Positions 1-14,080 are shown, numbered from the stretch's first letter. The stretch is DNA of 64,000 nt from Octopus sinensis (GCF_006345805.1 NC_042999.1:54622001-54686000), one strand, 5' to 3'. Numbers and translations: made by a program. Notes: generated from the sequence alone by a model not told the origin.

Positions 1-37
<37 letters not shown>

Positions 38-341
38 TTATATATATAGTATATGTGGCCATAAGGCACAACTCTACAAGCCAGCCCCAAACTCAACTCG
101 TCCTGTCGAAAGACCCTTGTCCTACGTCCTGGTTTTGTTTTTATCCTTACCATTATTGTTTTTACGTTTTTGTATTCTTATTCGTGCTTTCCTTATTGTT
201 TTCACGTATTTTTGTTTTTTTATTCGTGTACATCGTCCGTTTTCCGTCCTTGTGTTGTATACATTCGAAGCTTTCTTCCAAGGGATCTAATGCACTTGGC
301 TTAGATTTCCCTTGGGGGCTGCCCAGGTCGGAGCAATCTCA

Positions 342-470
342 AGATTAATCAGCCGAAATTGCGAAGATGATCCGGTTCTTGACTGATGACTGAGGGCTTC
401 GAATGTCCCGTCCTGTGGTTCTTGTGTCGTCTTCTAGGTGTTTCACGTTCTTGTCCCAGTTTGTATATAT
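342..470 (+). repeat. Interspersed repeat with a second, inverted copy at 60434-60563; probable Penelope-like terminal fragment
   Basis: gattaatcagccgaaattgcgaagatgatccggttcttgactgatgactgagggcttcgaatgtcccg matches the reverse complement of 60434-60563; both copies abut (TA)n. Confidence 0.7.
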
Positions 471-2499
471 TTTTTACTTTTTACATATACATATATATAC
501 TTATATATCTTTTAGTATATATAATATGTATACATAGAAAGAAACACACACACACACACACACATAATATTTCTCCCTATTTACCTATCTACCTATTTAT
601 CGATCTATCAATGTATCTATCTTTTCCTACTCTCCCCCTATTGCACTTCCCTTATTCCTCTCATCCTTACATTGTCTTTTTTTATCTACCCCAGAAATCG
701 AGAAGGCCAAACCTTTATAAACGACATTTATCAACACAAACAGTGGGTGTTGTCTTGTCTTGTCCTGCCTGCGCTGCTGGGTGATATATAGTTAGAGGTA
801 AGACGGGGAGCTCAAGAATTCGGCATCTTTCTTTGCTACCGCTATTGTTGTTGTTGTTGTTGTAGTAGTAGTAGGAGATGAGAAAAGCCGTGTAGTTTGT
901 TGGGCACATTCTTAACCACCGGTGGCTGAGTCCACCGCAGCAGGAGTTACGGTGTTTGGATCTTAAGTCATGATATTTAATCATGCTTTATAATGATCGT
1001 GATGGTGGTGGTGGCGGTGGGGAGGAATGACGGTTGGGGAAGATCACCATTGTTATCACTGTCGTTGTCTTCGTCTTTACCGTGGTCATGGTTCAAACGG
1101 TGGTGCTGGTTGTAGTAGTGGTGGTTGTAGTAGTAATAGTAGTAGTGGTGGTGGTGGTGGTGGTTTTTTGAACGACACAGAACACAGGTGAGATTAGAGA
1201 AGCTCTAGATTATCCACACATACACACACTCATATATATATACAGATTATTTAGATTATTTCATGTTTTATGTAGAGAGAAACACATTTGTAACGGTTAA
1301 GATTTATTGCAATTGCCTGTTGTGAGACGTGAAAGATGAAAGAACAGTGATCGAAGTTGTAAAGAAATATTTATTTACCGTTACTTTAATATATGCCATA
1401 CCACGACGGATCGGTTAGTGGAATAGCATAACAGTTCGTAAAGCATGCAAGGAAAAGAAAGTTAATTTCGGCCTGTATATGTGTGAACCTGATCTCGTTG
1501 TAGTAAGAGAGATGGTAATGTGACAGAGAAAAGAAAGTGAGTTAGTGAGAGTGATGGGACAAAACAACTGCTTCGTTGGTGAGTTACCATAGTTGTTCCT
1601 TTGTGCCTTTTCCTTCAGAGACGGCGTTTTGATTAGTCGGTCAGCCAGACTGGCTTACGGAGTTCTTGTTTTTATAACTATCCAAAACCAGCTAGAAGGA
1701 TAGACATATTGTTGAGAACAATAGATTTCGTTGCAGGTCTGTTATCTCTATTCTAGCTTTTGGTGGCATAGAAGAGGTTAGAAGGGTCAAGTGACAAAGC
1801 CATTATTCTGCTTAGCGAAGGCATCTGGCAAATGTAACTGCTGTCACTCACAGAAAAAACTATTGTTTTACTGTAAAAAAAGTGCTGTTGAACTGTAAAG
1901 TGAAATTTGGCGATCGAGGATCGAATCCACGCTATGCCTGCATGAAGCTACTACACATCTAATCTGGCAAAGAATGGGGCTATATGTTAAAACTTAATTC
2001 AATTATTGTCTGTTCGACTCTACTGAGGTGGCGGTGGTGGTGATCGGGGTGGCGGTGGCGGCGGCGGCGGTGGTGGTGGCGGTGGTGATGGTGGTGGTGG
2101 TGCTGCTGCTGCTGTTGATAGTAGTGTTAATGGTGATGATGACTGGTGTTGGTGGTGGCGGCAATGGTGATCGGGAGAGAAAGAAAAGGTTTTGTACCTA
2201 CATCGTATGTTACATTTAGACATGCATGCACACACACACATACTCATATACACATACATACATACATACCTCCACACATACACACACACACACTGCAAAC
2301 ATCTGCACAGCTTGTGAAATTAACACATTAATACGGCAAACATATAAACAATTACTAAGTGGTCACTTGACCTGCTAGAAATAGCAGCATAATGCCCCCT
2401 CAAATTAAACCCCACCTTCTTATAAGAAAGGAAGCGTTTGACAATGCAGTCCAAAGTATTCGATAAAAGGGCTTGATGGTCATTAATGGAATGTCTCTA

Positions 2500-4808
2500 A
2501 TCAAAGGTCTACTGGAATTTGTCCCAAGAAAAAGAATATCTGGATCTTGTATGTTTTTGCATGCAGAATTCAAAAATAATGTCAAATTATCTGTATCATC
2601 CACAGTTTATGAATAGAATTAACCTAGTGAAATCATAAATCCAGCTATCTGAGTCAGTGAGTCCCTGAAGCTTGTCAATGCTGAGTCGATGAGTCACGGA
2701 TTTTTTGTCAGTACTGTCCTTGAAGTGTAGGTATGCAGTTGTGTACTAAGTTCGCATATTCCATTCACCTTCATAATGCCAAGAAACTGTATGAACATCG
2801 CAAACAACTTCTGCTATATTTGCGATGACTTAACATTCAAGTTACATAGACAGCTTTTAACGCCATTGATTAAAAAGTGCTATGAGCATTATTTTGACTG
2901 CAAAATGGGTGACCAGGATAAAAGTTGGGCCCCTCATGTGTGTTGTGGAATCTGTGTCAAGTTTCTCACTGCTTGGGCCACAGGTTCACGCCATATGCCT
3001 TTTGCCATCCCTATGATTTGGAGAGAGCCCAAAGATCACACTTCAGGTTGCTACTTCTGCATGAAGAATATACAAAGTATAACATCAAAATGCAAGCATA
3101 CTGTAAAATATCCTAATTTACAATCTGCTATGAGACCAGTACTTCACAGTCAACACTTACCTGTACCTGACCCGCCAAAACAAACGACACTCAGTGACGG
3201 CGAGTCAAGTAATGAAGATGTAGAGGATGAAACAGAAGGCATGGACTTTGAGCCTAACTGTTCTTCAAATGAACCACATTTGTCGAATGAGGGAGATCTG
3301 AATGATTTTGTGCGGAATTTAAACTTGTCGAAAAAGCAAGCTGAACTTCTTGGTTCCAGGTTAAAAGGCTGGAATCTTCTCCAGAAAAACAACAAAGTTA
3401 GTTTTTATCGTTCTCGGCATTGTGATTGTGCAAATTTTTTCTCACTTGATGATGGTATGGTATTTTGTAATGATGTATATTCTGTTATGGAGGAACTTAA
3501 CCACAAATATAGCTCGAATGAGTGGCGTTTGTTTATTGACTCCTCAAAAGTAAGCTTGAAAGCAGTTTTACTCTACAATGGAAATAAGTTTCCCTCTGGC
3601 CCATGCAGCGAACACGAACGCAATATATGAAAGTGTGAAGCTTCTGTTGCAAAAAATGAATTCTGAGGAACATAAGTGGAATATTTGTGGTGACCTGAAG
3701 GTTGTGGTGCTTTTATTTGGATTGCAGCTGAGTTGCACCAAGTTTTGTTGCTTTCTCTGTGAGTGGGACAGTCAGGATGAGAAAAATCATTATGAAAAGA
3801 ATGTGGCCGAAATGATCTCTGACTCCCGGACAGAAGAATGTCATCAATCCTTCCCTTGTTGATTCTGAGAAAATTTGCCTTCTTTGCATATTAAGCTAGG
3901 GTTGATGAAGAATTTCGTCAAAGGTATGGATAGAACTGGCAAGGGATTCACGTATTTGAAAACTAAATTTCCAAGAGTAAGTGACTCAAAAATCAAGGAA
4001 GGTATTTTTGTTGGGCCACAGATTAGGGGGCTGATGAGAGACCAAAAGTTTCATGAAGAGCTCAATGGTGTTGAAAAAGCTGCGTGGCTATCATTTAAGA
4101 AAGTTTGCTGAGAGTTTTGGGGGAATCATAGAGAAGAGAACTATTCTGACATCGTGAAAGAGTTACTGACATTATACAATGCCTTGTAGTGCAATATGAG
4201 CCTAAAATCCACTTCTTGAATTCTTACTTGGACCTTTTCCTTGCAAATCTTGGGACTGTTAGTGACGAGCACGACGAGAGGTTTCACCAGAACATTCTGA
4301 ATATGGAAGCCTGGTACCAAGAAAAGTGTTGCTCTTCTATGTTGACTAATTGTTGTTGGTTACTAAAAAGGAACGTTCCAGAAGCTAGATACATTTAAAA
4401 ATCATATGCCTCTGCGTTTTAAAGCAAGTTTCCTAGTAATATAAGACTGAGTTTTGAATTCATGAAATACAATTCTTTAACAATATACATATGCTGTCAC
4501 AGAAAAAACTATGACTAATAGAAAAATCTGAAAACACTTGAATTCTGCAAATAAAATGCTATTAAGTTCACCTACTTTTGTTTGTAGGACAGAGTTTTTC
4601 ATTAATTCTGTTGACCAATTATAATTGTTAGCCATTTTTCTGCATTAATAGAGTATATTTATTGTATTATTTAATTACTCTGTCACATAAAAACCATGCC
4701 AGATAGGAAAATTATAAAAAGCAGATTCGAAATCTGCGTTAAAAGTAGAATAAAGTTCGCTTTGTTTAGTTCATGGGACAGCAAAACGTTCGAATTTTGT
4801 TGACCAGT
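2500..4808 (+). mobile_element. Degenerate cut-and-paste DNA transposon, Chapaev3/CMC-like
   Basis: Contains the transposase pseudogene. Sub-terminal motif gtccca...gcagaattcaa at ~2520-2572 has inverted counterparts at ~4545-4590. Right ends read ...ttgttgaccag/ctgttgaccaa. Family name is from motif recognition. Confidence 0.65.
2776..4400 (+). pseudogene. DDE transposase pseudogene (Chapaev/CMC-like) with frameshifts and stops
   Basis: ORFs 2776-3630, 3578-3862, 3875-4111 and 4189-4398 stitch into one protein: Cys/His N-terminus (FCYIC, PHVCCGIC, WREPKDHTSGCYFC) and catalytic-type motifs FIDSSK, ICGDLK, LHIKLGLMKNFVK, SDEHDERFHQ. Confidence 0.9.
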
Positions 4809-4997
4809 ATTATACGTGTATATAGGTGTGTACATTAGAATTTAGTGCATGTCAACGTACATCTAGGAATATCAGGTGCACAAATGTATTAATTTGTGTG
4901 TGTGAGTGAGGGATAGAGAGAAAGAAAGAGGGAGGGAGAGAGAGAGAGTGAGTGTGTATGTGCGTGTTTGTGTGAAACAACATATATACTCATCCCT

Positions 4998-5345
<348 letters not shown>

Positions 5346-5840
5346 AAGATGTGTGTGTGTGTGTGTGTATTTTGCAAACTTGCAAATCCAAGTACTGCCA
5401 GTTAGAAGCTCTGCATACCGGATGCTAGCAAGCTTATGGGGTCATCAGAAGTGAATGCGCGCTGTCTCGGGGGTTTTCCTCTCGACGGCATCATTGTGCA
5501 CCGGCCCCGCCTCACTGAGATGAGGCCCCGCTGGCTAGGTCAACTTGGGTTATTAGGTTTTATTCAATATTCTTCTAACCATTACACACTGTCTCTTTTT
5601 AATCATAACCTGTGGTTTGCCTTCTCCGCAGTAGTTTGGATATCATTCCTGGTGGTATTTGCTTTACGATGAGTTAGGCGTAACGACAACAACAATCACC
5701 TCACACTGTGTCCAATGAAACTTCTACTTCCAACTTCGTAACTTGCGGTACTGACACTGAATTCTAGGGATACCTTTGGGGGATAAACTTCAAAATGAAT
5801 ACAATGCCGTACTGCTAACACAAGGTAAGACTCGGTATTA

Positions 5841-6076
5841 GGCGGTGAACTGGCAGAAACGGTAGCACGCCAGGCGAAATGCTTAGCGGTATTTCGTCTG
5901 CCGTTACGTTGTGAGTTCAAATTCCGCCGAGATCGACTTTGCTTTTCATCCTTTCGGGGTCGATTAAATAAGTACCAGTTACGCACTGGGGTCGATATAA
6001 TCGACTTAATACCTATGTCTGTCCTTGTTTGTCCCCTCTATGTTTAGCCCCTTGTGGGTAGTAAAGAAATAGGTAT
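5841..6076 (+). mobile_element. tRNA-headed SINE, family B (MetaSINE-like central domain)
   Basis: ggcggtgaactggcagaaac head, gagttcaaattcc B-box-like, ttcatcctttcggggtcgattaaataagtacc core. Confidence 0.9.
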
Positions 6077-6233
6077 TACCTTGTAAACCTTTAATATATT
6101 TGGTTGTATTTTACGATTGTATAACAAAATATCGTGTCCTTGCTAACAATTAAATTGTATACGCTATGTACATACGTATAGGTCCCTTATGGATTTCTAT
6201 GCATTTGGGCCTTACATTATTCTTGCGCGTGTT

Positions 6234-6385
6234 GTTCTGAGTTCAAATTCCGCCAAGGTCGACTTTGCCTTTCATCCTTTCGGAGTCGATAAATTAAATA
6301 GCATTTGCGTACTGGGGTCGATCTAATCGACTGCTCCCCTCCCCCAAAATTTCGGGCCTTGTGCCTAGAGTAGAAAAGATTATTC
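6234..6385 (+). mobile_element. SINE family B, 5'-truncated, variant tail
   Basis: Same core; tail cccaaaatttcgggccttgtgcctagagtagaaaag. Confidence 0.85.
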
Positions 6386-6443
6386 TTGCGTGTGCACACG
6401 CGCGTATAGACGAGAATCCCTCTCCATAGAAAAGGGCTTGTAT

Positions 6444-6474
<31 letters not shown>

Positions 6475-6728
6475 CATGAACGAGGGTGAACACATGTGTG
6501 TGTGTGTGTGCATGAACGAGGGTGAACACGTGTGTCTGTGTTTGTGTGCCGTACTTATATATATATGTATATGTATATGTGGGTATGAAATATTATGTAC
6601 TTTTAACAAACAAGGCAATATATACGTGTAAATGTAAGAAGACGAACATGTTATCACAGCTGATCAACAATATTTTCTTAACAAAAATATCACGAGGGAC
6701 ACTTACCTCTCACCAACTACTCTATTCC

Positions 6729-6948
6729 GGCAGAATCGTTAGCACGCCGGGCGAAATGCTTAGCAGTATTTCGTCTGTCGCTACGTTCTGAGTTCAAGTT
6801 CCACCGAGGTCGACTTTGCCTTTCATCCTTTCGGGGTCGATTAAATAAGTACCAGTTACGCACTGGCGTCGATGTAATCGACTTAATCCGTTTGTCTGTC
6901 CTTATTTGTCCCCTCTGTGTTTAGCCCCTTGTGAGTAGTAAAGAAATA
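6729..6948 (+). mobile_element. SINE family B
   Basis: Near full-length match to 5841-6076. Confidence 0.9.
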
Positions 6949-7059
6949 TCTATCTATTTGTCTTCCTCTCCGTCTATCGATGTATCTAACCCTCAATCTA
7001 TCCATGTATTTGTCTATCAATCTATTCAGTTATTTGTCTTATATATTCACGTATCTATC

Positions 7060-7127
<68 letters not shown>

Positions 7128-7674
7128 TATATATATATTATATATTATATATATTATATATATATATATATATATCTATCTATCTATCAAACAATCTTCC
7201 TCTCTATCTATCTGTCTACCTTTGTTTGTCTGTCTGCCTATCTCTATATATCTATCTATCTGTCTGTCTGTCTATCTATCCGTCCATCCATCTATTTATC
7301 TACCTTTCAGTCTATCTATACGTTTGTCTATCTGTCTGTCTGTCTGTCCTTTTGTCTTTCTAACTAATCAAAAGCATTCAAGCTGTGACCATCCCGTCTT
7401 TCTGGAACTACTTAAGAGTATATTATTATTCAGCGTTTCCTGTCCTCTTTCAGGATGCTGAGTGCTGAGATATGAGAAAATTTAGTTCCTATTTTTAACA
7501 TGCTAAGCGACCACGTAGTCGCTGTTCTGGGTTGTAGAGCGATTATGCATATATAATTAATTGCCTGGAAATATGAGGGAAGTGGTGATGGTCAGGTGTG
7601 GTCAGTAACAATTAGTAAAGAGAAGAGGGTGTAGAGTTCTAAATGGAGAGAAGTTGGTGTTTTGGGGCTCGTCT

Positions 7675-7736
<62 letters not shown>

Positions 7737-7980
7737 GAAAGAAACCAGCTGTAGGGAAAAGAAACAGAAGACAGCGAGAGAAAAGAGAAGGTTAGAAACA
7801 GTGAGACAGAAACATCGAAGAGGAGGAGGAGGGGGAGAAGGAGGAGGAGAAGGAGGAAGCTACATAAATAACTAAGTAAATATAAAATATATATATTTAT
7901 GTGTATGTACAGATATATATATATAGGTGATCTATTTCTAGCATATTGGATGTCCACTTAGTAGTCATCCCTTCTTATAT

Positions 7981-8053
<73 letters not shown>

Positions 8054-8151
8054 TATATATATTATAATATATATATGTAGGTCCCGGGTTGATTCGGGGT
8101 TAACCACAGTAAATAAGGTACTCAATACATAGCAGAGTAAAATTAATTTAT

Positions 8152-8504
8152 TATATAGAAGGAGCTTCTACAGGACTAGAACTGTTTCATTCAAGAGAAA
8201 TCTTCAGGAAGCTAGTTAACAAGAATTGTATTGGCATTTATACATTTAGGCAGGTTTTAAAGGGGTGTTGGTGGGGGACTTTTTGGGGGTAGGCATAGCG
8301 CAAAAAATCATACTTGGGGGAGTGTCAAGGAGTCAGTGTTAAAATAGATAGGAGAATAATAAAAATAAAAAATAAAAAATAAAAAATAAAAAATAAAAAA
8401 TAAATAATAAAAAAATAAAAAATATAAAAAAATAAAATAAAAAATAAAAAATAAAAAATAAATATATATATATATATATATATATATCATATATTATATA
8501 TATA

Positions 8505-8570
<66 letters not shown>

Positions 8571-9554
8571 GGGGGAATAGAGTTTTAGGTAAATAAGGAG
8601 ATTCTCACTTATACCTCTGCACATATGTATACATATATACACACGCATACAAACATATATACATATACATACACACATACATACACACACATATTATATA
8701 TATATATATATATATATACATATTTATACATATATATACACACTCACACATACATATACATATCTACACATACACATATATATGTATACATACACACACT
8801 CACTTGCATACACGTATACACACATGTACATATACACACACGACCACACATACATATACACACAGAAAAATATATATACACATACACACACATACTCACA
8901 TACACGCATACACACACAAATCCATACACACACATGCACACACAGCACACTAGTCCCTATATACACATATATACACATACACACACATATATACACACAC
9001 ACATACACATACATACACATATACATACACACACATATATACATATACATATATATATATACATACATATATATATATATATATATACATATATACACAC
9101 ATATGTGTACCTATGCATACCTACACATACACACATATATATATATATACATATACAAATACAGACCCATTCCCTAATTTTAATTTTATTATCTTCGTTT
9201 ATTACTTTTGTTATCTTTGGCCGCTTGGTCACAAACATATTGGCTATGACAGCCAGACCATTTATCCGTCTACTGGAAAACAAGCACTCATTCACTCACG
9301 CACACTCTTTAGCACGTACACTCACTCATTCGTACACTCATACGCATACACGCACGCACGCGTTATATTCATACATACATACATCTACATACATTCACGT
9401 ATATACACATACGTACGCGTACCTACAGATTCATGTCTACACTCTTAGAAGGCTAGTCTATACATATACACCAATAAATATAAATACCACACATACATGT
9501 ACACCTACATACAAATACATACATGTATATATATATATAATATCTATATATATA

Positions 9555-9608
<54 letters not shown>

Positions 9609-9799
9609 ATACATATATATACATATACATATATATATATATATATTCATACTTACATGCATACTCAAAAAAGTAATAGTAAATATATATATACGCGCAG
9701 TTATTCATACATGCATACTCAAAAATAAATATTAAGTATATGTACGTGCAGTTACCTATTATATAGACGGATACATACATATAATAAACTTACACACAT

Positions 9800-9840
<41 letters not shown>

Positions 9841-9903
9841 TACACACACATATATATACACAAATATATACATACACACATACACCTACATATACACATA
9901 CAC

Positions 9904-9962
<59 letters not shown>

Positions 9963-10226
9963 TACACATACATATACATACACATACATACACATACATA
10001 CATACTTACACATGTACATATAAATACACACATAGATAACTCTACGTACCTACACATACATAAACACACGAGCGTACGCGCATATGTACATATACATATA
10101 CCCATGCACACGCATATATACATACATACATACATACACGTACACACATGTATACACACACACTCACATACACATATATATACACATACACATATATATA
10201 CATATATATATATATATATAGTATAC

Positions 10227-10270
<44 letters not shown>

Positions 10271-10489
10271 TAACATACACACACACACATACACACACAT
10301 ATATATACATGTGTGCAAACATACATACATTCTCATACAAGCACACACACTTAACATTTACATATACACACACTTACACACATATATATACATACACACA
10401 TACATATACACATACATATGCATACACCACAATATACATATACATACATACATCTATACATATATACACACACACACACACGCACATAC

Positions 10490-10555
<66 letters not shown>

Positions 10556-10957
10556 TACACATATATATATACACATATATATATATATACATATACACAC
10601 ACATAATATGTTTTTTACATACATACACGCACACACACACATAATACATGCGTATAATCCTACTATACCATACATTTCTATACATATATACGATACACAT
10701 CTACACGTGCACATACAATATGTGAAAGGTCTTTAGAAAAGGTTCCCCTAGCACCCCCGATTACCTTTTCTCCTAAGACCTTTCACATATTGTATGTGCA
10801 CGCTTGTAGATGTGTATCGTATATATGTATAGAAATGTATGGGTATAGTAGGATTATACGCATGTATTATGTGTGTGTGTGCGTGTATGTATGTAAAAAA
10901 ACATATATGTGTGTGTATATGTATATATATATATATGTGTGTATATATATATGTATA

Positions 10958-10998
<41 letters not shown>

Positions 10999-11251
10999 GC
11001 GTGTGTGTGTGTGTATATATGTATAGATGTATGTATGTATATATGTATATTTGTGTGTATGCATATGTATGTGTATATGTATGTGTGTATGTATATATAT
11101 GTGTGTAAGTGTGTGTATATATGTAAATGTAAGTGTGTGTGCTTGTATGAGAATGTATGTATGTTTGCACACATGTATATATATGTGTGTGTATGTGTGT
11201 GTGTATGTATATGTGTGTGTTATATATATATATATATATATATATGTATAC

Positions 11252-11285
<34 letters not shown>

Positions 11286-11514
11286 GTGTATGTGTATATA
11301 TATGTGTATGTGAGTGTGTGTGTATACATGTGTGTACGTGTATGTATGTATGTATGTATATATATGCGTGTGCATGGGTATATGTATATGTACATATGCG
11401 CGTACGCTCGTGTGTTTATGTATGTGTAGGTACGTAGAGTTATCTATGTGTATTTATATGTACATGTGTAAGTATGTATGTATGTGTATGTATGTGTATG
11501 TATATGTATGTGTA

Positions 11515-11547
<33 letters not shown>

Positions 11548-11865
11548 GTATGTATGTGTGTATGTGTATATGTAGGTGTATGTGTGTATGATATATTTGT
11601 GTAATATATGTGTGTGTATATATGTATATAATATATATATTATATATATATATATATATGTTGTAAGTTTATTATATGTATGTATCCGTCTATATAATAG
11701 GTAACTGCACGTACATATACTTAATATTTATTTTTTGAGTATGCATGTATGAATAACTGCGCGTATATATATTTTACTATCTACTTATTTTTTGAGTATG
11801 CATGTAAGTATGAATATATATATATATATGTATATGTATATATATGATATATATATTATATATAG

Positions 11866-11900
<35 letters not shown>

Positions 11901-12946
11901 ATATACATGTATGTATTTGTATGTAGGTGTACATGTATGTGTGTGTATTTATATTTATTGGTGTTATGTATAGACTAGCCTTCTAAGAGTGTAGACATGA
12001 ATCTGTAGGTACGCGTACGTATTGTGTATATACGTGAATGTATGTAGATGTATGTATGTATGAATATAACGCGTGCGTGCGTGTATGCGTATGAGTGTAC
12101 GAATGAGTGAGTGTACGTGCTAAAGAGTGTGCGTGAGTGAATGAGTGCTTGTTTTCCAGTAGACGGATAAATGGTCTGGCTGTCATAGCCAAGATGTTTG
12201 TGACCAAGCGGCCAAAGATAACAAAAGTAATAAACGAAGATAATAAAATTAAAATTAGGGAATGGGTCTGTATTTGTATATGTATATATATATATATGTG
12301 TGTATGTGTAGGTATGCATAGGTACACATATGTGTGTATATATATGTATATATATATATATATATGTATGTATATATATATATGTATATGCAATATATTG
12401 TGGTGTATGTTATATGTGTAATGTATGTGTATGTGTGTGTGTATATATGTGTGTGTATGTGTATATATGTGTATATAGGGACTAGTGTGCTGTGTGTGCA
12501 TGTGTTGTGTTGGATTTGTGTGTGTATGCGTGTATGTGAGTATGTGTGTGTATGTGTATATATATTTTTCTGTGTGTATATGTATGTGTGGTCGTGTGTG
12601 TATATGTACAGTGTGGATACGTGTATGCAAGTGAGTGTGTGTATGTATCATATATATTGTATGTGTAGATATGTATATGTATGTGTGAGTGTGTATATAT
12701 ATGTATATATATATATATATGGTGTGTGTATGTATGTGTGTATGTATATGTATATATGTTTGTATGCGTGGGTATATAGGTATACATATGTTCAGAGGAT
12801 AAGTGAGAATCTCCTTATTTACCTAAAACTCTATTCCCCCCTTTATAATATATATATATATATATCTATATATATATATATATATTTATTTTTTATTTTT
12901 TTATTTTTTTATTTTATTTTTTATATTTTTTTATTTTTTCTTTATT

Positions 12947-12997
<51 letters not shown>

Positions 12998-13213
12998 TAT
13001 TTTTATTTTATTCTCCTATCTATTTTAACACTGACTCCTTGACCACTCCCCCAAGTATGATTTTTTGCGCTATGCCTACCCCCAAAAAGTCCCCCACAAC
13101 ACCCCTTTAAACCTGCCTAAATGTATAAATGCCATACAATTCTTGTTAACTAGCTTCCTGAAGATTTCTCTTGAATGAAACAGTTCTAGTCCTGTAGAAG
13201 CTCCTTCTATATA
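8152..13213. repeat. ~5 kb inverted duplication (arms ~2.6 and ~2.45 kb, 19-nt spacer at 10744-10762)
   Basis: Unique anchors recur as reverse complements: 8152-8350/13010-13213, 8570-8625/12785-12845, 9160-9480/11950-12290, 10020-10110/11370-11465, 10610-10743/10763-10900. Confidence 0.95.
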
Positions 13214-13232
13214 TATAAATATATATATATAT

Positions 13233-13271
<39 letters not shown>

Positions 13272-13321
13272 AATAAATGAAAGAATCTAAAAGTTTTTGT
13301 GCATCTTGATGCTGACATAAT

Positions 13322-13418
13322 TTCCTTTGTTTTCCTGATGAGAAGCGGCATAATGCACCCCTTATTCCTTCGAAATTAGGATATGCAGCCTTCGAAACAT
13401 ATGTCGAAAATAAAGGAA
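13322..13418 (+). ncRNA. Type-I hammerhead ribozyme, canonical core
   Basis: Stem I ttcctttgttttc/gaaaataaaggaa (13 bp, one G-U); CTGATGA 13335-13341; stem II closed by gaag/cttc; GAA 13394-13396; stem III ACATATGT; GUC site with C17 at 13405. Confidence 0.85.
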
Positions 13419-13643
13419 TTTTTTAATTCGTCATTCAACTCCATTCTTTCTTTATTTGTATTTAAAAAAAAAACACACAAATTTCCACACGATAGCACGT
13501 GATCTCTGGCCCTAGGCAATGTGCTTCAACCGTGTTTTTCTGACGTGAATTTGCTACCCAGGTATCGGTTAACCGAATTATCCATAATAAGATAATTCAT
13601 TCAACTACTCAATTATTTACATATATATATATATATATAATAG

Positions 13644-13676
<33 letters not shown>

Positions 13677-13765
13677 TATATATATATATATTATTATATA
13701 TATATATATATATATCTATATATATATATATATATACGCATACATATATATATATATATATATAT

Positions 13766-14080
13766 GGCGGCGAGCTGGCAGAAACGTTAGCGCGCCGGGG
13801 CGAAATCTTAGCGATATATTTCGCCTGCCGTTACGTTCTGAGTTCAAATTCCGCCGAGGTCGACTTTGCCTTTCATCCTTTCGGAGTCGATTAAGTAAGT
13901 ACCAGTTACGCACTGGGGTCGATAAAATCGACTTAATCCGTTTGTCTGTCCTTGTTTGTTCCCTCTGTGTTTTAGCCCCTTGTGGGTAGTAAAGAAGTAG
14001 GTATTTCGTCTGCCGTTACGTTCACATTCCGCCGAGGTCGACTTTGCCTTTCATTCTTTCGGGGTGGGCAATAAAGAAAT
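13766..14080 (+). mobile_element. SINE family B plus a partial second unit
   Basis: Full copy, then re-entry at ggtatttcgtctgccg (~14000). Confidence 0.9.

Noticed and set aside
2020-2219. Poly-Pro/Ala or Val-rich ORFs
   Set aside because: GGT/GGC/GCT trinucleotide low-complexity tract without coding context
3990-4060. CTGATGA within the transposase
   Set aside because: Coding sequence with no GAAA/stem architecture
8176-8215. CTGAAGA...GAAACAGTT hammerhead-like core (mirror copy at 13150-13189)
   Set aside because: Stem II starts with a U-U mismatch and stem I forms only by looping out 4 nt next to the core; not called a ribozyme
10744-10762. Sequencing adapter at the palindrome centre
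   Set aside because: The spacer does not resemble the SMRTbell hairpin; an artefact remains possible by other routes
8600-12800. Long ORFs such as 8625-9602 (325 aa), 20442-21521 (359 aa) and 11983-12651
   Set aside because: Translations of CA/TA/TATG microsatellites (YIHT/VCMY repeats) that lack stops by composition
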